A stretch of 64,000 nt of DNA from positions 35,154,001 to 35,218,000 of the forward strand of contig NC_047021.1 in NCBI RefSeq assembly GCF_902652985.1, read 5' to 3'. Origin of the DNA: Pecten maximus. Taxonomy: Eukaryota. The position numbers were made by a program, and so were the translations under genes. This document shows, one piece after another, positions 24,791-38,700 of the stretch. Below the pieces are notes generated by a model. That model was not told where the DNA came from and searched no databases. It saw nothing but the letters and a program-made list of their open reading frames with translations. Numbering within the stretch: position 1 is the stretch's first letter; each line of letters starts with the position of its first letter.

Positions 24791-27182
24791 TAGATTTAAT
24801 AAAGGTTCATAAGCTTTTTATTCACTTTAGAAATTGGCAATAATGATTTATAATATATATAAAAAATAAATCATCCATTTGAACATAAAAATATTTTTTT
24901 TGTATTCATTTCAAATATAGAATGTATGTACTAGTATTATATCTAATTCAAATAAAACTGTCTTAGTGATGATGTTTGTTTCTGTATATTTCAACGTCCT
25001 GTCAACACATATAATAATTCAAGGACGGCCTCTAATAAGTATGAAATACTTGTGTGTTGTGAGAGAGAGTCTGGTTAGGGAGGTTGATAATAACAAACGA
25101 AATGATAGATATCCGGGGAAGACGTCACGCTACTTACAGCCGGGCGATCTGCATGATTTCTCACCTACGTTTGCAGTATCAAAGGAACTCATGAACTTGT
25201 CAGTCGATGAGGACAAAAAACTAACTATAAAAGAGAGAACTAACCTAGGTATTTGTAATAAACGTATCTAGAGGCTGTAATACAACTCTACGTGAGCGGT
25301 AGGAATATAAGTGTACAGTATACTTCCTATTTTAAATGTGTAATTAATGAAGTGAAAGTGTTAAAGACGATTTGTTTATATTTGGTTAGGCAACTCGCAT
25401 TTTTTAAAAATTGCAACCCGCATTTGTAGACGCACAACTGGCATTTTGCAACTGGCATATCGTAATTTGTAACTTACAACATTTTAACTCGTAGTTTCAA
25501 TTCGCAACTCGCACTTTCTTTGTAAATCGTAACTAGCATTTTATCTCTCGCAGCTTACGAGCATAAAACATTTGCAATGTTTTTATATGATAATTAATGC
25601 TTTTATCGACAGTGTGGAATGCTATACATCACAACAACAAAACAACTGAAGACAATGACCATCAGTTAGACGAGTCTTGTTATTATACAAGTGTTAAACA
25701 ACGGATTACATCAAAAGAAAAGAAGAACATAGTATATAAAATCAAACCATTCAGTTTTAAATAAGTTTAAGATTGTTTAAAATATATTATGATATTATCA
25801 AATATAGAAGTATTTCCCGTCATTTCAGTATTTTGATATAAATTTTCAGCTAATATTATGTTGGTGAAATAGGAACAAAGTATAACATATAACATAATAT
25901 ATTTGCATTTGCGCAAGTAATTGTATCATTGTATACAACCAGGCATAGAAAGAATAGAGCGAAATATCTTACAGGACATTTCATTAAACTCGTGAAGCAT
26001 ATACATCAAACTTAGTTGGGATACAATATAAGAACAATATATATATAGTAACAATATACAATAAAGAAGCTAACACGTAGGCCGGTTATTAATTTGCTCC
26101 CATATCATCTATCAGAATTTATTGCTGTTAAATGCATTAATATGTTGATGTAGGCGATACCAAAGTTAACAGTATGGTATTAGACTCTTTTTGCCACATT
26201 ATACTAGGATAATTATTTCCTGGCACTATTTCAAAATACAAGGAATTGCTACATTAGCGTGCATGGGACCAATCGTCTATCGACATTTGTCCTAAAAATT
26301 TCCGTCGTCTTCAGGTACGACCTCGCAGTAACGATAAAGTATGTTAATTCGGGTACTTAAACGAACGTCATTAAGTGTTTGTTAGATTGCAAAGGTAAAC
26401 ACAAATGTGGATATAATACGCGCAAATCAAACTAACATTATCTTATGTTTCAAAAAATCGGAAAGAGAAAAGTAACGTATATAACAATGCGTTTAATATA
26501 GAAAAAAAATCATAATTAAGTATAATTGAAATTTATATTACATATTCAGCTGATTGATTATTAAGTTATTTCAAACACATTGAAGTTTCTATTTTTATAA
26601 AGATAAAATTGAAGCACACTATGAATCAATCTTAGACTAGGATTGCGATGGATGACATAACAAACCATAGCATAGTAGATGAGGACATTTTACTAATAGC
26701 TAGCACTCCTCGAAAACTAGATTACAAGGGGAATACATATTTGTAATCGTCTTTATTAAGGATAGTTTTTGTGTAAACATTGGGTATTAGGAACTTCATA
26801 CCGGTATAGTATCAGTAGAGATGTGTAATTACGTTAATCCATTTTTATTAAGCAAATATTCATTAATTGTTCAAGCCTCATAAGACGTTACACGACTTGG
26901 AATGGATACCAATATCAACCTGCTACATCATGTACAAATATTTTCATATCAACACATATTAACCGTCGTGTATGTATATACTATATCGTTTAAAATACTA
27001 CCAAGATCATTTTATATGAAATGATTTTATTATGTACATACATGATAAAAGACGATATATAATACAAGGGAAATAACTCATATTGTATTAGAACAAGCAT
27101 GCATTTCTATTCCTAACTAAGATGTGTGTTGACGAATCTTTATTTCAAATAAAGGTTTCTTAAATCCGACGCCGATGTATAT

Positions 27183-27437
27183 CTATCGAATCATCAATTT
27201 TGATTTTTTTCAAAGGTGTAGCTATCGACCTCCGATCAGGAAAGTTCCGCCAGATTATTGCCTTAGTATTCAATTCTCCATTGTCTGTAACGTTAAGTCC
27301 GATCAGATTAGAAGTAAAGCAGCCGTAGTACCACCAACTACCACGACATGACAGAACACAATTGTCACCTTCTTGGATGTCGTTGTCTCTGTCAAATGTG
27401 GTGAACGCATAACCATCATGGTTGGACAAGGCATCAT
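27183..27437 (-). pseudogene. Orphan terminal exon of a fibrinogen C-domain (FReD) gene, copy 1
   Basis: ttttag acceptor, then DALSNHDGYAFTTFDRDND...NC...RGSWWYYGCFTSNL. A +1 A slip near the end shifts LKKSKLMIR*. AATAAA downstream. No upstream exons seen. Confidence 0.85.
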
Positions 27438-28309
27438 CTAAAATAACGAAAAAATAAAATAAATGTCATAAACAATCCCCCCCTACACATATATTTATAT
27501 TGGACTGGCAACACAATGGCTATAACTTTATCTACCCAGTCAGTAGGTAGCGAATGATGTATTTAAGTCATTTATAACAATTAAAATTGTTCTGCGTCGG
27601 TGTGACTGCGTTATGACTTTTTTCATTTAATATGTTTTCTGGTAAATAATGGAATGAAACAATATAGATTGAAAAGTGGCTAAGATCAGAAAGCAGACAA
27701 GTGACAGTCACCAACGATAAGTTTACGTGTATCACTTATTAACGGAAGCTGTAACAGCACGCATGCGAAATTCGGCAAGGTAACATTAACATGGCAGTCA
27801 ATGACCAACTGGCCCTATACATTACGACATGACTGTGAAAACTACTCTGATTCATCGTCGGCAATTTAAATATATCCTATCGACATGTTTATTTTATCTA
27901 TATAAAAGTTGTGACCAGCACACCGACAGCAGAGTTGAGCTATCGCGGCCGATGATATCGTCATATAAAAACAGGCTTTGGCGAAACAATCATCCTGACT
28001 TCAATATGCAGAGGGCGTAGTTATGTTGCTGCTGATGAAAAGAAATTAATTCTTAAAAGTGGGGTAAAGGCTGCAATAGAATAAACTACATACATTTAAG
28101 TTAAAGAGAACAATTATGCTTCATACTAGTTTGTAATGATCTGAAAATATACATTTCATGTAATTACGACATTGATTTTACTAATTTGAAACTTCTTTAT
28201 ATTTCACTTCAAATTAAAAAGCTAACAGTGTAACAAACTATTTGCATTTTTTATTTTCGGTTTGTGAATTTCACTGTTATTAGTAGTACGGAGAACTTTC
28301 ATGAAAATG

Positions 28310-28597
28310 AGGGGATACCCGCGGTGGCTGAGTGGTTAAGGTGTCCCAACACTTTATCACTAGCCCTCCACCTCATGGGTTGCCGGTTCGAAACCTACGT
28401 GGGGCAGTTGCCAGGTACTGACCGTAGGACGATGATTTTTCTCCGGGTACTCCGGCTTTCCTCCACCTCCAAAACCTGGCACTTCCTTAAATTACCCTGG
28501 CTATTAATAGGACGTTAAACCCAAACAAATAAACCCGGGTTCGAACCAGGGACCTCTCGATCTGCAGTCGAATGATCTACCACCGAGCTATATCCCC
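28310..28597 (-). pseudogene. tRNA-Cys(GCA) pseudogene interrupted by a SINE (copy 1)
   Basis: aatgaggggataccc + SINE + acccgggttcgaaccagggacctctcgatctgcagtcgaatgatctaccaccgagctatatcccc. Matches 5695-5766 with D-arm substitutions, and the flank matches too. Confidence 0.92.
28321..28532 (+). mobile_element. tRNA-derived SINE (V-domain-like) inside tRNA-Cys
   Basis: A box tggctgagtgg, B box ggttcgaaacc, core ctccgggtactccggctttcctccacc, aaac tail. Short acccg duplication at the ends. Confidence 0.88.
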
Positions 28598-30824
28598 TTC
28601 ATAGCTAACACTAACATGTATGCATTATTATTTATATATTTCTGTGATGCAATATGCTTCAACATATGAAATAGTATCAACATATGACTGAAATATTAAA
28701 TATCGAGTCGAATGTCTAGGATTAAATAGTGTGATTATCTTTGTCAATACACAGATAAGTTAGTTCTTCTCGATTTAGATGTGTTAAATATAGGTTGGTT
28801 GTTTGACTTATGTGGATCATAGGTTAATTTTTCAATTAATTTGAATAATTTTTATTCATCGGAACAAATCATAATAAATGTCTTTATGTGATTACCTAAG
28901 AAAAGCTGACGTGATTTGTACTGGTAGTGCACAAATACACACGTCCACTGATATATGCAAATGTCACGCAAAAATACTATTGTACCTATAAACAAGTGAT
29001 GTGTTTAAGTATGGATTTATCAACAGATACACGACAAACTGCATAACAAACAAAACTAAAGGGTATGAAAATAAAAATACACCCATTCAATATTACTTTC
29101 ATCTACCTACCACAACTTCAGCGCATTAAACGACAAGTAATATAGACAGGTTGTGGGTTTTGATTTTTTAAATCACTTTTTTGACCACACGATTATCTCT
29201 CGCGGTATGTAATATTACATTTTCATGAACACAACAAAGAAGCTATCCGGATATATGTCTGGCCTTGTTTGTTTATTAGGATCGTATTTCCCGTGACGAC
29301 ACGTGACAAGGAGTACAGAAGGTCCATGTTGACGTTTCTGTGAAACCCGTGGCTGAGCGATTACAGAACTGTGAGTAATTACGTGTATATTGACCTTTAG
29401 CTATTAATGGTATCGGTATCATAATAAACTACAGGCTTTCAGTATACAATGATACTCTGGAGGATATTATCTTTATAACACCAGTCTAATATCAACCGTA
29501 TGTAAAACGAAAGTTTGACATTTGCAGATTTGAAGAAATCTGAAGAAATATAAAGACGTAAATACATAAACAATGACAATATTTTGCTTGATAGACAAAT
29601 GCATCTATATGTAACATTAACATAGATAAAATGAGGCTAGCTTGTACGTGTCTACTTTCGTTTTATATCAGTTTAACATTGGTATCCGATGCACTGTTTA
29701 TTAACGCACGGTTTTAAACGCATGCTCAGATTGAAAACGTTGCTTTAATATCGAGTCATATTTCAGTCAAATATATCTTGTGATTAAAACTATTTCTAAC
29801 TTTCCTCGTGATCAAATCGTTACCCCGAGTTCTGAGAAGTCCTTCCAATTCGAGAATGTGTACTTTCGTTTTCAATATTTTCAATGTGTCTTAGGTCGTC
29901 AATTTTGAATATACAATATATTTCAGTGCATATCATCTGGATTTCTAGAGGTCAGAAGTTAAAGCAGAAAGATCCTAAATAATTTTCATGAAATATGGAA
30001 AGTACATTAATTATATAGATATGATATATTAATCTGGGACTATATAACTTGCATCACATTCTTCATGAAATTGTCTATTAAAGTTAACAATTAGCAATGT
30101 CGCTATATTAGTGACGTTCCATTTAAATCGCGGAAATGGAGAAAACTGTTAAACACTTTGAAAACATCTAATCAGATAAAGTGTAGCATGAAAGATAACG
30201 TGTAGCATGATTATATTACGATTACAATAGATTACATCACTGGAACAAAAACTGTTCAATGACAGTTTTAAAAGTCCATATATTACAGTTAAAATGATTG
30301 AATTCATCCAAATATTATTCAAATGGTCAATCAAAAATAATATCTGATAAATTTGTTCAGCAAGGGAAAGGGTTTTAAGGAGGTGTTTATAACCAAAATA
30401 TACAGGGGTTGTGATTTAATATTGAGGTACAAATAATCTATATGGGTTAGAAATCAAGGCAAACTAATACATTATCCCGTTGAAAGTCATGCTGATAAAT
30501 AATACTTTAACATGATATTTTTGTGCAACTATTCTAACATCTCAGTGATGAACGTATTGGAGAAAACTAAAGATGGATTCTTTTATCCCACGTAAAAACA
30601 TGATTGTTAACTTTGTAACAACTACTTTTGTAGCAAATAGGGATATATGTTACATTTATTTTTGTAAGAAAACATATTTGTAACAAGCTGTCACAAGTTG
30701 GCACGTGATATATTGTTACAAAAATAGCTATTGCAAATTCACTCTCATCATCCTGTCAAACACATTTTACTTTGTTACAAAGATTGTTGTAGCAAATTGT
30801 GTAATAGATCGGCACACTTCATCT

Positions 30825-30910
30825 GTTCGTCTGTGAGCCCGTTCGTCTGTGCGCCCGTTCGTCTGTGCGCCCGTTCGTCTGTGCGCCCGTTCGTCTGTGT
30901 GCCCGTTCGT
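30825..30910. repeat. 16-bp minisatellite (gttcgtctgtgcgccc) x~5
   Basis: Direct reading. A single monomer sits at the paralogous site ~54350. Confidence 0.9.
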
Positions 30911-31496
30911 CCACAGTGCTTTATCGGGACATAACTCAGCTGATCTCTGCAAAACTTTGTACTCGTGTCAGACCAGTGTCCTAATTGTTATCCCTGTTAA
31001 TGGAAAAAAACCAGTTTTCATAGTTCGAGGTTACCATGGAAACAAAAAGTCAAATAAAAAATTGACTGCAAATTACCCAAGGGTTTCAGTTTAAAACATT
31101 CAACTGATTTAAAAAAAAAAAAACTGTTGTGCCAATGGATATATCTGTTACCATGGAGGGGGTAATGCTATACTTTCAGGCTATTATTTTTCTATTAATG
31201 CATTCCTGATAAATAAATAATCACGACAAGATAATGACAAATAATAAAGTTAATCATGAACGACTAAATAATCTGTCATTATCCATGTATTAACATTATT
31301 TGCTTAATCAGACGGCCAAGATGACCAATGCATTTTCAACGAAAACAGCTAGGCATTATGGGTGTTTTGTTTACATAATGCCTTAATTGAAGTATTTATA
31401 CTTAACGAGCACGAACCTTGTGATCTGAAACACGTGTATCTGTAGGATTTTAATTTGGACATCTTGATTCTAGGTAACACAGACACCATCTTTAAC

Positions 31497-33494
31497 ATGG
31501 CGGAAGGATTTGTCCGGGAACAGTCGTCGTTAGATGGCTCCAGGAGTATGGACACTTTAGTACTGGAATGTCCTATCTGTCTGGAACAGCTGCGACACCC
31601 TAAGTCCCTCCCATGCCTTCATTCATTTTGTGAGGAATGCCTGGGTAGCTACATCACCAAGGAGTTGTCAGGTAAGATGGCGTCTTCTTTCTCCTGTCCT
31701 GTATGCCGTAAGGTCACCGAGCCGATGAACCCGTCAGAAGACAAGGAAAGTTGGGCCGGACAGTTTCCTACCAACAATCTGGCAGTCGAAATGATCCGAC
31801 ATTTACAAAATATGAATACGTTGATCACATGCAAGCCCTGTGAGAAGAAAGGAAACACGAATGTACCAGCAAAGTTTTGGTGCCATCAAATTAAATCCTA
31901 CTTCTGTGCAACCTGTAAAATCGACCATCATGACCTGATTCATGAAGAATGCGAACCCGAGAATATCACGGAATGGAACAAATCAGATACGATCCGAAGG
32001 CAGACGTCGGCTGCTGGATGTGGAAAACACAAAGAGAAATTAGAGTATTACTGTGAAGATCATCAGATTCTTGGATGTAACAAATGTATCATTGTCGATC
32101 ACCGGAAGTGTGAGGTGGTGACATCAGTAGACGATTTCCGGGACAAACTGACACCTTCAAAATTTGACAATCTTCTTGATGACCTTCGGAAAAGCACAGA
32201 CGCCATGGAAACATTGATAAACGATGTCGCAGAACAGCTTCAGTCCATGACAAACGATCAAGACATCGCGCTACAAAGTTTAACAGACCTACGCAGAAAG
32301 ATTAACGAACGTTTTGATACAATTCAGAAAGAGCTTACAGATAAATTGATGGCATCTTTCAAGGAAGAGAAAGAAAATCTGGATATATCGAAACTGAAAT
32401 GTGAAAGATTGATGCTCTCTATGCAAAATACGCTGACGTCATCAAAGAATGCCGCCTTGAAGGACGATTCTGTGGGAACGATCTGTCTTTTCCAGAGAGG
32501 CCATGCGGAGGTCGAGTCCTGTAAGGAACTCATAAAGGAGTTGGAAAAGTCGTCCAGATCTACCAGTCTGAGACACGAGTATGACCCTGACATACTGGCC
32601 GTCAACACCAAGACAAGCCTTACTATGGGAAAGATAGTCGTTCATCAACAACAGAGGAGACTACCATCTACTGCGTTCAGTACTCTATTGTCTGAACGTC
32701 TGATGAAGATAACGGGAAACTTAAACATCAAAGTTCCCTCTGACAAGGAAGACTGTTCTGCGTATGGAGTTGTTCTCATGTCTGATGGCCGTATTGTCGT
32801 AGGAGACTATGCAAACAACAAAGTGAAGCTGTTTACAGAAAACGGGGAATTTCATTGTGAGGTGGGATTGAGTGATTCGCCTTGTGACCTTTGTCGTATT
32901 GATGACAATACTGTGGCTGTGATGCTGGTGACAGTAAAAACTATCTGTGTTGTCGCTGTTGAGGATTTAACCTTGACCATCTCATCGGAAATCCTTATTC
33001 CAAACATTACTGAAGTCTGTCTTGGTGTCACATACAACAACACTAACTTTGTAGTTGGTACAACATCATCACTTTATAGTGTACCAAAAGATGGAGGTGA
33101 AGCCACAAAACTTCACGCAATAAAATCAAAATGTCTGCATCTCGCCAGTAATCAGTACAACGGGTGCTTGTTCGCTAGCTTATACGAATCAACTCCTAAC
33201 AAGGTTGCCGTGACACGACTGTCTGGCAAGTCCATCAGAGACGTATTGAAGGTCGGCACCGTGAAAGGAACAGCAGGAATAGACATAGACAGGGAAGGTA
33301 ACTTGTATGTTTGTGGAGCTGTTTCAAACAACGTCATACAGATGTCAGAGGATGGAACCAACGTTAGGGAACTGCTGACGTCATCAGATGGTATCAAACT
33401 TCCGAGGGCGATTTCCGTGTGTGGTGATAAAGTAGTGATCACAAGTGATTCATCAGACCAACAAAATTGTATAGATGTGTTTCAGCTCATTTGA
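31497..33494 (+). CDS. TRIM-b1: RING - B-box - B-box - coiled coil - NHL-like propeller, single coding exon, 665 aa
   Basis: Same domain motifs as TRIM-a1. ATG at 31497 (aacATGG) aligns with the TRIM-a start; the track's TTG start at 31455 is not used. Confidence 0.93.
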   Translation: MAEGFVREQSSLDGSRSMDTLVLECPICLEQLRHPKSLPCLHSFCEECLGSYITKELSGKMASSFSCPVCRKVTEPMNPSEDKESWAGQFPTNNLAVEMIRHLQNMNTLITCKPCEKKGNTNVPAKFWCHQIKSYFCATCKIDHHDLIHEECEPENITEWNKSDTIRRQTSAAGCGKHKEKLEYYCEDHQILGCNKCIIVDHRKCEVVTSVDDFRDKLTPSKFDNLLDDLRKSTDAMETLINDVAEQLQSMTNDQDIALQSLTDLRRKINERFDTIQKELTDKLMASFKEEKENLDISKLKCERLMLSMQNTLTSSKNAALKDDSVGTICLFQRGHAEVESCKELIKELEKSSRSTSLRHEYDPDILAVNTKTSLTMGKIVVHQQQRRLPSTAFSTLLSERLMKITGNLNIKVPSDKEDCSAYGVVLMSDGRIVVGDYANNKVKLFTENGEFHCEVGLSDSPCDLCRIDDNTVAVMLVTVKTICVVAVEDLTLTISSEILIPNITEVCLGVTYNNTNFVVGTTSSLYSVPKDGGEATKLHAIKSKCLHLASNQYNGCLFASLYESTPNKVAVTRLSGKSIRDVLKVGTVKGTAGIDIDREGNLYVCGAVSNNVIQMSEDGTNVRELLTSSDGIKLPRAISVCGDKVVITSDSSDQQNCIDVFQLI

Positions 33495-34024
33495 AGGACA
33501 ACATAGAACTGTAGAGATTAAGGAACATTTTGTCGAAAGACAATAAATGAGTTTGTATTATTTAGCTTCACCTCATTCATTCACTATTTTTATGAATTAT
33601 ATCGCAATCTGCGAATATCAGTTATATATCATGCAATATAAATCCATGAAAAATTATATATCATTTTTTATAAATACATTATAATTTTATTTGATACTTC
33701 AAAATAGGTAGTTGCGTCCATGAACTGTGGATTTAGGTTAGAGCAGCATATGTATTCGTATAACAATACAAAGAACTAAGAAACTATAGAAACTATTGTT
33801 ATTAGTTATATAATGTTATACCGTCATTTCCTGTGTATTGTCCGCCCACAGAAGCCGCAATAATGGCTATATAATTTAAAATCTGCAGATAGCCCGTTTC
33901 TGTTTAATGGAGTACACGATTTCACAATCAGGGGAATCCCCTGCTGTATGTGTATTGTACTCATAGTTTACCCGTGTTGCCTTGACACGTGAACGGTGTA
34001 AATAAACGTAATTCTGAACCTATA

Positions 34025-34530
34025 TTTCCATTAATATTCACATACATAGGTACCAATGATATTTATATACATTGGTACCATTCATATTCACATACATAGG
34101 TACCATTAATGTTTACATACATAGGTAACATTCATATCTATATACATAGGTACCATTCATATTCACATACATAGGTACCATTCATATTCACATACATAGG
34201 TAACATTGATATTTACATACATTGGTACCATTGATATTTACATATATAGGTACCATTCATATTTACATACATTGGTACCATTCATATTTACATACATTGG
34301 TACCATTCATATTGGCATACATTGGTACCATTCATATTGGCATACATTGGTACCATTCATATTTGCATACATTGGTACCATTCATATTTACATATATTGG
34401 TACCATTCATATTTACATACATTGGTAAACTTCACATTTTCATACATAAGTACCATTCATATTTACATACATTGGTACCATTCATATTTACATACATATG
34501 TACCATTCATATTTACATACATTGGTACCA
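34025..34530. repeat. 25-bp minisatellite (taccattcatatttacatacattgg) x~20
   Basis: Direct reading. About 4-5 copies at paralogous 57506-57620. Confidence 0.93.
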
Positions 34531-35745
34531 CTTGAAATAGTGCACCAGAGAAACACACAAAAAGTTAACTTGGATTTGACAAGTAATGTATAGCCCAAGA
34601 TGAAATATGAGTTTGGTCAATATAGCGGTAAATACAAAATGCAGATATGTAGTTTAAAACGAAACAAAGCTAAAATTGAATGCAAGCAAAATAAGTGGAT
34701 GTATCTTTTCAAATAACACATTGATAAAATTATATTCCTGATTCAAATGCAGTCTTATTATCACCAAAAAATTATTCAAATTGATATAATTTTGTTATTA
34801 GTTCGTTGGCTTATTTCACCAGCAGTTTGACATTATAACAACCAGCATTAACACTATGCCATTTATCTTTTTTAAAAGATATTTCTTGTTTTCTCATAAT
34901 GTCCTTTGCTACCAGAATATTCAAAGCCACTTGGGTGTAATATTCAACGGTTCTTTGAGGATCTTTGAAAAAGTTCTGAAAGGTCCAGGGCACTAATATA
35001 TCTTCATGGTATTGAATGTTATTAGGTCTTCGCGAGTGGATGTAAAAAATGTCAAGGTCCAGTTGGGTAAAAACATTTATTTTATTCATTTCATTTTAAC
35101 AGCTAGCTGATACTTTACACTTTTCAGTGATATATGGATTGATATGGGGTGATTTAGATATTTATGAAAAACACCATCGGAGGTAATTGTTGGTATCGCA
35201 ATACCATGAATTGACTGATAATGCATGAATGCGAACCCCACGTTACAATTAGCTCTTTTAGAATAGTGTATGCCTTTCCTTGACACATTACTATCATAAT
35301 GTTGACATATAATCTCGAGATAGTATTTTCCCATTATCCCTTACTACCCCTGTGAGTGATTGAGGCCTTCTGGGTCTCTTGTTCTAATATTATGATTTTG
35401 AATATCCATTTTAATGACAATTATCGTGATACATGTTTTTCATATCTATTCTTCGCACCATATCTGCATATCTATTAATTTTCTGATGATTTAGCTTTGT
35501 TTTTCAGTATACTGAATGCAATAAAATAAAATTGAATGGTTTCCCGTTGAATGTAATATATTATATTACACGAGTATGACAGAATATCGATTTTTTAACG
35601 ATTGCACCATATCTGATTTCTTTTTTGGAGAAATATTTATATTAAGAAATAGCTGATATCGGTACTTCAAATGAAGTTGAAACAATCGATACAATTATTG
35701 AGAGCGATAAGGCTCATTCTGGTTCCATTCAACTTTCCCTGTCCT

Positions 35746-38700
35746 GATAGTGGGAATAAACTGTAACAGTAAGGTGTGGGGGTAGTGGGAATAAACTGTG
35801 ACAGTAAGGTGTTGGGGTAGTGGGAATAAACTGTGACAGTAAGGTGTGGGGGTAGTGGGAATAGACTGTGACAGTAAGGTGTGGGGGGTAGTGGGAATAA
35901 ACTGTGACAGTAAGGTGTGGGGGTAGTGGGAATAAACTGTGACAGTAAGGTGTGGGGGTAGTGGGAATAAACTGTGACAGTAAGGTGTGGGGGTAGTGGG
36001 AATAAACTGTGACAGTAAGGTGTGGGGGTAGTGGGAATAAACTGTGACAGTAAGGTGTGGGGGTAGTGGGAATGATCTTTGACAGTAAGGTGTGGGGGTA
36101 GTGGGAATGGACTGTGACAGTAAGGTGTGGGGGTAGTGGGAATAAACTGTGACAGTAAGGTGTGGGGGTAGTGGGAATGGACTGTGACAGTAAGGTGTGG
36201 GGGTAGTGGGAATGGACTGTGACAGTAAGGTGTGGGGGTAGTGGGAATGGACTGTGTGACAGTAAGGTGTGGGGGTAGTGGGAATGGACTGTGTGACAGT
36301 AAGGTGTGGGGGTAGTGGGAATGGACTGTGTGACAGTAAGGTGTGGGGGTAGTGGGAATGGACTGTGTGACAGTAAGGTGTGGGGGTAGTGGGAATGGAC
36401 TGTGTTACAGTAAGGTGTGGGGGTAGTGGGAATGGACTGTGTGACAGTAAGGTGTGGGGGTAGTGGGAATGGACTGTGTGACAGTAAGGTGTGGGGGTAG
36501 TGGGAATGGACTGTGTGACAGTAAGGTGTGGGGGTAGTGGGAATGGACTGTGTGACAGTAAGGTGTGGGGGTAGTGGGAATGGACTGTGTGACAGTAAGG
36601 TGTGGGGGTAGTGGGAATGGACTGTGTTACAGTAAGGTGTGGGGGTAGTGGGAATGGACTGTGTGACAGTAAGGTGTGGGGGTAGTGGGAATGGACTGTG
36701 TGACAGTAAGGTGTGGGGGTAGTGGGAATGGACTGTGTGACAGTAAGGTGTGGGGGTAGTGGGAATGGACTGTGTGACAGTAAGGTGTGGGGGTAGTGGG
36801 AATGGACTGTGACAGTAAGGTGTGGGGGTAGTGGGAATAAACTGTAACAGTAAGGTGTTGGGGTAGTGGGAATGGACTGTGTTACAGTAAGGTGTGGGGG
36901 TAGTGGGAATGGACTGTGTGACATTAAGGTGTGGGGGTAGTGGGAATGGACTGTGTTACAGTAAGGTGTGGGGGGTAGTGGGAATGGACTGTGCGACAGT
37001 AAGGTGTGGGGGTAGTGGGAATGGACTATTTGACAGTAAGGTGTTGGGGTAGTGGGAATGAACTGTGTGACAGTAAGGTGTGGGGGTAGTGTGAATGAAC
37101 TATTTGACAGTAAGGTGTTGGGGTAGTGGGAATGGACTGTGTGACAGTAAGGTGTGGGGGTAGTGGGAATGGACAGTGTGACATTAAGGTGTGGGGGTAG
37201 TGTGAATGGACTATGTGACAGTAAGGTGTGGGGGTAGTGGGAATGAACTGTGTGACAGTAAGGTGTGGGGGTAGTGGGAATGGACTGTGTGACAGTAAGG
37301 TGTGGAGGTAGTGGGAATGGACTGTGTGACAGTAAGGTGTGGGGGTAGTGGGAATGGACTGTGTTACAGTAAGGTGTGGGGGTAGTGGGAATGGACTATG
37401 TGACAGTAAGGTGTGGGGGTAGTAGGGAATGGACTGTGTGACAGTAAGGTGTGGGGGTAGTGGGAATGGACTGTGTTACAGTAAGGTGTGGGGGTAGTGG
37501 GAATGGACTGTGTGACAGTAAGGTGTGGGGGTAGTGGGAATGGACTGTGTGACAGTAAGGTGTGGGGGTAGTGGGAATGGACTGTGTTACAGTAAGGTGT
37601 GGGGGTAGTGGGAATGGACTGTGTACAGTAAGGTGTGGGGGTAGTGGGAATGGACTGTGTGACAGTAAGGTGTGGGGGTAGTGGGAATGGACTGTGTGAC
37701 AGTAAGGTGTGGGGGTAGTGGGAATGGACTGTGTGACAGTAAGGTGATGGGGGTAGTGGGAATGGACTGTGTGACAGTAAGGTGTGAGGGTAGTGGGAAT
37801 GGACTATGTGACAGTAAGGTGTGAAGGTAGTGGGAATGGACTGTGTGACAGTAAGGTGTGGGGGTAGTGGGAATGGACTGTATGACAGTAAGGTGTGGGG
37901 GTAGTGGGAATGGACTGTATGACAGTAAGGTGTGGGGGGTAGTGGGAATGACTGTGTGACGTAGGTGTGAGGTGTAGGGGAATGGACTGTGTGACAGTAA
38001 GGTTGTGGGGTAGTGGGAATGGACTGTGTGACAGTAAGGTGTTGGGGTAGTGGGAATGGACTGTATGACAGTAAGGTGTGGGGGGTAGAGGGAATGGACT
38101 GTGTTACAGTAAGGTGTGGGGGTAGTGGGGAATGGAACTGTGGACAGTAGGGTGTGGGGTAAGTGGGAATGGACTGTGTGACAGTAAGGTGTGGGGGGTA
38201 GTGGAATGGACTGTGGTACAGTAAGGTGTGGGGGTAGTGGGAATGGACTGTGTGACAGTAAGGTGTGGGGTAGTGGGAATGGACTATGTGACAGTAAGGT
38301 GTGGGGTAGAGGGAATGGACTGTGTTACAGTAAGGTGTGGGGGTAGTGGGTATGGACTATGTGACAGTAAGGTGTGGGGGAAGAGGGAATGGACTGTGTT
38401 ACAGTAAGGTGTGGGGGATAGTGGGAATGGACTGTGAGAGTAAGGTGTGGGGGTAGTAGGAATGAACTGTGTGACAGTAAGGTGTGAGGGGTAGTGGGAA
38501 TGGACTGTGTGACAGTAAGGTGTGGGGGTAGTTGGAATGAACTGTGTGACAGAAAGGTGTAGCGGTAGTGGGAATGGACTGTGTTACAGTAAGGTATGGT
38601 GATAGTGGGAATGGACTGTGTAACAGTAAGGTGTGGGGTAGAGGAAATGGACTGTGTTACAGTAAGGTATGGTGGTAGTGGGAATGGACTGTGTAACAGT

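Larger units (their letters stand above)
16270..35745 (+). repeat. Segmental duplication unit 1 (paralogous to 39410-59315)
   Basis: Collinear high similarity from gatatgagagtaatggaaat (16269/39404) to caactttcc.tgtcctgat (35747/59315), with indels and differing VNTR lengths. Confidence 0.95.

Noticed and set aside
31455-31496. N-terminal extension MDILILGNT.. of TRIM-b (also 54901-54942)
   Set aside because: Starts at TTG. The aligned ATG in good Kozak context is 42 nt downstream, and the region likely contains the splice acceptor.
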